From: an uncultured Armatimonadia bacterium
GTDB lineage: Bacteria > Armatimonadota > Zipacnadia > CAVVLO01
Reading direction: 5' to 3'
Assembly (NCBI GenBank): GCA_963749155.1
Contig: CAVVLO010000002.1
Span: 1,555,708 to 1,619,707 of the forward strand
DNA: 64,000 nucleotides
Every line of letters begins with the position of its first letter. The stretch's first letter is position 1. The position numbers were made by a program, and so were the translations under genes. Below the pieces are notes generated by a model. It had not been told where the DNA came from. It searched no databases and saw nothing but the letters and a program-made list of their open reading frames with translations. This document shows, piece by piece, positions 61,374 to 64,000 of the stretch.

Positions 61374-62213
61374 ATGGGTGTAGCTTATGCGCTGGGGAGC
61401 CTGGCTTTCGCCGGGCTCAATGACTTCTTCTTCAAACTCTACATCGGCCCGTCTGGCCGGCGGCTCGGGCCTTTTGTGGCCGTGACAGGCTTCGTCTGGG
61501 CGGGCTTCTATCTTGTAACAATGCGCTTCCAGTGGTCGCTTGACGCTACCGGCTGGGGGCTTTCTCTAGCGGCAGGACTTGCCAGCCTTATTGGCAACCT
61601 GCTGCTTGTCGAGAGTATGCGCCATCTGCCTGTCGGCGTCTGTGCGACCGTTTACCGCCTCAACCTGGCCCTCGTGATGGTGTTGGCTTTCTGGCTGCTG
61701 GCTGAGCCTGTCACCCCGCTCAAGCTGCTGGGCCTCGTTTTCGCCATCGCCGCAGTGTTGCTGCTTTATCAGCCGAACGGGCCAGGTAAAGAGGACGGCA
61801 AGCGCAAAATCGCCTACGGCTTGCTGGCGGCTGCGACCTGTTGCCGGGCGGCGATGGGATTGCTCTACAAGGTGGCTGAAGACGTCCCTCAGGCGGATTT
61901 CCTCTGTGTAAGCGGCCTTTGCTGGCTCTTTGGCGGTCTGCTATATACCCTTATTCGGCGCGAGCCCCTGCTCCCCGAGCGACCTGCGGTGGGCTTTGGC
62001 GTACTTAGTGGAATGGCGATTGTGGGACTGGTCTACTTCCTCAGCCAGGCTACCCGGTTTGGCGAGGCCAGCATCGTGGTGCCCATCTCGCAGCTCTCCT
62101 TCGTGATGACGGTATTCCTCGGTTGGCTATTTCTGAAAGAGGCACTGACAAACCGCAAACTGGCTGCGTTAGGACTGGCCTCTGGCTGTGTGGTTGCGCT
62201 GGCCTTTGCTTGA
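61374..62213 (+). CDS. EamA/DMT-family transporter
   Basis: About 10 TM segments in two repeats ending L.E..T..KL. Confidence 0.85.
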   Translation: MGVAYALGSLAFAGLNDFFFKLYIGPSGRRLGPFVAVTGFVWAGFYLVTMRFQWSLDATGWGLSLAAGLASLIGNLLLVESMRHLPVGVCATVYRLNLALVMVLAFWLLAEPVTPLKLLGLVFAIAAVLLLYQPNGPGKEDGKRKIAYGLLAAATCCRAAMGLLYKVAEDVPQADFLCVSGLCWLFGGLLYTLIRREPLLPERPAVGFGVLSGMAIVGLVYFLSQATRFGEASIVVPISQLSFVMTVFLGWLFLKEALTNRKLAALGLASGCVVALAFA

Positions 62214-62238
62214 CGCTGGCCCAATGGCGCGGTATAGT
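62210..62238 (+). promoter_or_regulatory. Sigma70 promoter upstream of purA
   Basis: TTGACG-17 bp-TATAGT. Confidence 0.65.
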
Positions 62239-62271
62239 TAATTGCAACAGGGGATCGCTGTTGCCGTGGGA

Positions 62272-62305
62272 AAAGACTCAAGGGGCCCAGCCCTTTGGGT
62301 TTTTT
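62272..62305 (+). terminator. Terminator-like hairpin in the eamA-purA spacer
   Basis: AGACTCAAGGGG-CCCA-GCCCTTTGGGTTT followed by a T-run. Confidence 0.65.
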
Positions 62306-62362
62306 CGTGTGTGTCCGAAGGCTGGTTAGCATAACGGACAAGCAGCACCTGGGAGGTTCACA

Positions 62363-63670
62363 ATGAGTGTTACAGTGACCGTGGGATGCCAGTGGGGCGA
62401 TGAGGGCAAGGGGCGAGTAGTAGACGCCCTGGCCGCTTCGGCCGATGTGGTTGTGCGTTTTGCCGGGGGAAGCAATGCCGGCCATACCGTCGTAGCCGAA
62501 GGCAAGACAGTAAAACTGCATCTGGTGCCTTCGGGCATCTTGCGTCCGAAAGCTTATTCGCTCATCGGCGATGGCGTCGTGGTGAATCCCGGCGTCCTTT
62601 GCAAAGAGCTTGATCAGGTCGAAGCCGCTGGCTTCTCGACAGCCAATCTGCGTATAGCAGGCGGCGCGCATGTCGTGCTGCCCTGGCACATCCGGATAGA
62701 TGGCCTGGAAGAAGAACGCAAGGGCAAAGGCGGAATCGGCACCACCAAACAGGGGATCGGCCCGGCCTATGCCGATCGCGCCTTCCGCACCAGTATGCGC
62801 GTCTTCGACTGGACGAGTGAGGCGCGTTTCCTGGCCAAGCTGGATGAGTTGCTACCGCTGAAGAACAAGCAAATCGAAGCCGTCTACGGGGGACAGCCTT
62901 TCACCAGAGACGAGATCGCCGACGAGTTGCTGCCCTTCATCCAGAGACTGCGCCCCTATGTTGTGGATGGAGTGGCCTTCTTGACTGACCAAATTGCCAA
63001 GGGCAAGCGGGTACTGATGGAAGGCGCTCAGGGCCTTATGCGCGATCTCGACCATGGCACCTTCCCTTATGTGACCAGTTCGCACGCGGTCGCGGGCGGG
63101 GCCTGCCTGGGCACCGGCGTTGGCCCGATGGGTATCTCGCGTGTCGTTGGCGTGGCCAAAGCCTATCCGAGCGCGGTGGGAGTATCGATTTTCCCAACCG
63201 AACTCAAGGACGAGACGGGTCAGTATATCCGCGACAAAGGCGTAGAATATGGCACGACGACAGGCAGAGCGCGCGATGTGGGCTGGCCGGACCTTGCGGT
63301 GTTGCGCACGGCAGCCAGAGTCAATTCGCTGACCGATGTAGCCGTGACCAAGCTGGATACGCTGGCCGGGCTGGATATGCTAAAGGTCTGTACCCACTAC
63401 GAAGTGGAGGGGCAGCGCTGGAATATCTTCCCAGGCGATCCGGAAGTTGCAGCGAAAGCTGTGCCGGTATATATCGAGCTTCCTGGCTGGGGCGAGGAGA
63501 TTTCCGATGCCCGCAAACCTGAGGAACTGCCCAAGGCTACGGTGGAGTTCCTTAAGCTTGTGGCAGAGGCAACAGGCGCCCGGATTGCAATGGCGTCGGT
63601 AGGTCCTGAGAGAGATCAGATGGTCTTCGACGAGACCAGCCCGCACGGAGTACTGGAAAGCCTTCTCTAA
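62363..63670 (+). CDS. purA: Adenylosuccinate synthetase
   Basis: QWGDEGKG, GGSNAGHT, IGTT..GIGPAY, EGAQG, TTTGR, TKLD. Confidence 0.97.
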   Translation: MSVTVTVGCQWGDEGKGRVVDALAASADVVVRFAGGSNAGHTVVAEGKTVKLHLVPSGILRPKAYSLIGDGVVVNPGVLCKELDQVEAAGFSTANLRIAGGAHVVLPWHIRIDGLEEERKGKGGIGTTKQGIGPAYADRAFRTSMRVFDWTSEARFLAKLDELLPLKNKQIEAVYGGQPFTRDEIADELLPFIQRLRPYVVDGVAFLTDQIAKGKRVLMEGAQGLMRDLDHGTFPYVTSSHAVAGGACLGTGVGPMGISRVVGVAKAYPSAVGVSIFPTELKDETGQYIRDKGVEYGTTTGRARDVGWPDLAVLRTAARVNSLTDVAVTKLDTLAGLDMLKVCTHYEVEGQRWNIFPGDPEVAAKAVPVYIELPGWGEEISDARKPEELPKATVEFLKLVAEATGARIAMASVGPERDQMVFDETSPHGVLESLL

Positions 63671-63748
63671 GAGGGCGCTGGCTAGCGAGATGTTCTTTAC
63701 AGGCCAGGCGCGGCTATGCTAACATCGCGCTTGCCAACAAGGCGGAGT

Positions 63749-63824
63749 GGGTCGTTAGCTCAGCTGGCAGAGCACCTGACTTTTAATCAGGGGGTCGAAG
63801 GTTCGATCCCTTCACGACCCACCA
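63749..63824 (+). tRNA. tRNA-Lys (anticodon TTT)
   Basis: GGGTCGT/ACGACCC-ACCA; CCTGA-CTTTTAA-TCAGG; GGTTCGATCCC. Confidence 0.97.
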
Positions 63825-63831
63825 AAAGCGT

Positions 63832-63908
63832 GGCCCCGTCGTCTAACCTGGTTAGGACGCTGGCCTTTCAAGCCGGTAACACGGGTTCAAATCCCGTCGG
63901 GGCTACCA
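63832..63908 (+). tRNA. tRNA-Glu (anticodon TTC)
   Basis: GGCCCCG/CGGGGCT-ACCA; CTGGC-CTTTCAA-GCCGG; GGTTCAAATCC. Confidence 0.96.
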
Positions 63909-63921
63909 CTCTTAAGGAGAT

Positions 63922-63949
63922 GGGAGCGCATCCAGGTGCGTTCCCTTTT
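63922..63949 (+). terminator. Terminator after the tRNA pair
   Basis: GGGAGCGCA-tccagg-TGCGTTCCC-TTTT. Confidence 0.75.
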
Positions 63950-64000
63950 GCTTTGCAGCGGCCAGCAGAGCTAGTAGGGTTGCTGCTGGCAGAAGCTTCG

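Overview
GC-rich bacterial chromosome segment, probably from an uncultured lineage; an Armatimonadota-like origin is only a weak impression. It mixes housekeeping blocks with accessory loci. Housekeeping: a minus-strand block tRNA-Lys/tRNA-Leu-tig-clpP-clpX-lon-efp-accB-like-accC-nusB-folD; a plus-strand block xseAB-dxs-TPR-nadK-recN-2-oxoacid:ferredoxin oxidoreductase; lysS, two methyltransferases, queA, tatD, purA, tRNA-Lys and tRNA-Glu. Accessory: a Cu-type P1B ATPase, many secreted glycan-active paralogues, a CoA-disulfide reductase-rhodanese/TusA/DsrE sulfur operon behind a perfect CsoR-type palindrome, an HTH-MNT/HEPN pair behind three phased palindromes, a GntR/DUF1648 pair, three tandem membrane-anchored Cys-phosphatases and two secreted esterases. 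About 12 single-base frameshifts, some in accC and lon, point to uncorrected sequencing indels rather than true pseudogenes. The most unusual signal is in the efp-acc operon: the gene in the accB slot encodes a BCCP-fold protein with Gly in place of the biotin-accepting Lys, as in plant BADC proteins, and a pilin-like gene is coupled between it and accC. Also notable are a probable ~11 kb inversion separating folD from xseA and a promoter-hairpin-terminator leader upstream of purA. No CRISPR array, rRNA, integrase or transposase was seen.
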